A DNA stretch of 64,000 nt from the NCBI GenBank assembly GCA_002269645.1, contig NIVC01001355.1:62001-126000 (forward strand), in the 5' to 3' direction. How positions within the stretch are numbered: the stretch's first letter is position 1; every line of letters starts with the position of its first letter. Position numbers and translations under genes: made by a program. Under the pieces are notes generated by a model that had not been told where the DNA came from, searched no databases, and saw only the letters and a program-made list of their open reading frames with translations. Below are positions 63,950 to 64,000 of this stretch, in pieces. Source of the DNA: Macrostomum lignano. Lineage: Eukaryota.

Positions 63950-64000
63950 GTGGTTAACCAATTAGTACTTTTAACCACAACGACCTTGTTACAGCAGCAG

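Overview
Eukaryotic (metazoan) genomic DNA with intron-rich genes. The genome style (minisatellite-filled introns, GC-rich exons, AT-rich stretches upstream of genes) suggests a flatworm such as Macrostomum lignano, but this is an inference only. Four protein-coding genes were reconstructed by hand from splice sites and family motifs: the 5' part of CADPS/unc-31 (minus, runs off the left edge), a complete MLH1 (minus, 10 exons, about 756 aa, ending in FERC), a complete voltage-gated Ca-channel alpha-2/delta subunit (plus, about 21 exons, about 1305 aa) and a divergent class A GPCR (minus, 3 exons, 416 aa). Most long ORFs in the supplied track are artefacts of about 20 tandem-repeat arrays. Mobile DNA is abundant. 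There are two different P-element (THAP9-type) copies with TIRs and 8-bp TSDs; one sits inside a minisatellite, the other carries a nested hairpin MITE and a Crypton-like fragment. There is also a nearly intact Chapaev3 (CMC) transposon, several MITEs, a tRNA-derived SINE family and a CORE-SINE. No rRNA, true tRNA or CRISPR was found. The best leads are the nested P/Crypton composite, a possible MLH1-CADPS trans-spliced operon, recurring minisatellite families across introns, and loss of the amino-acid/gabapentinoid-binding motif plus large inserts in the alpha-2/delta. I found no firmly supported novel system.
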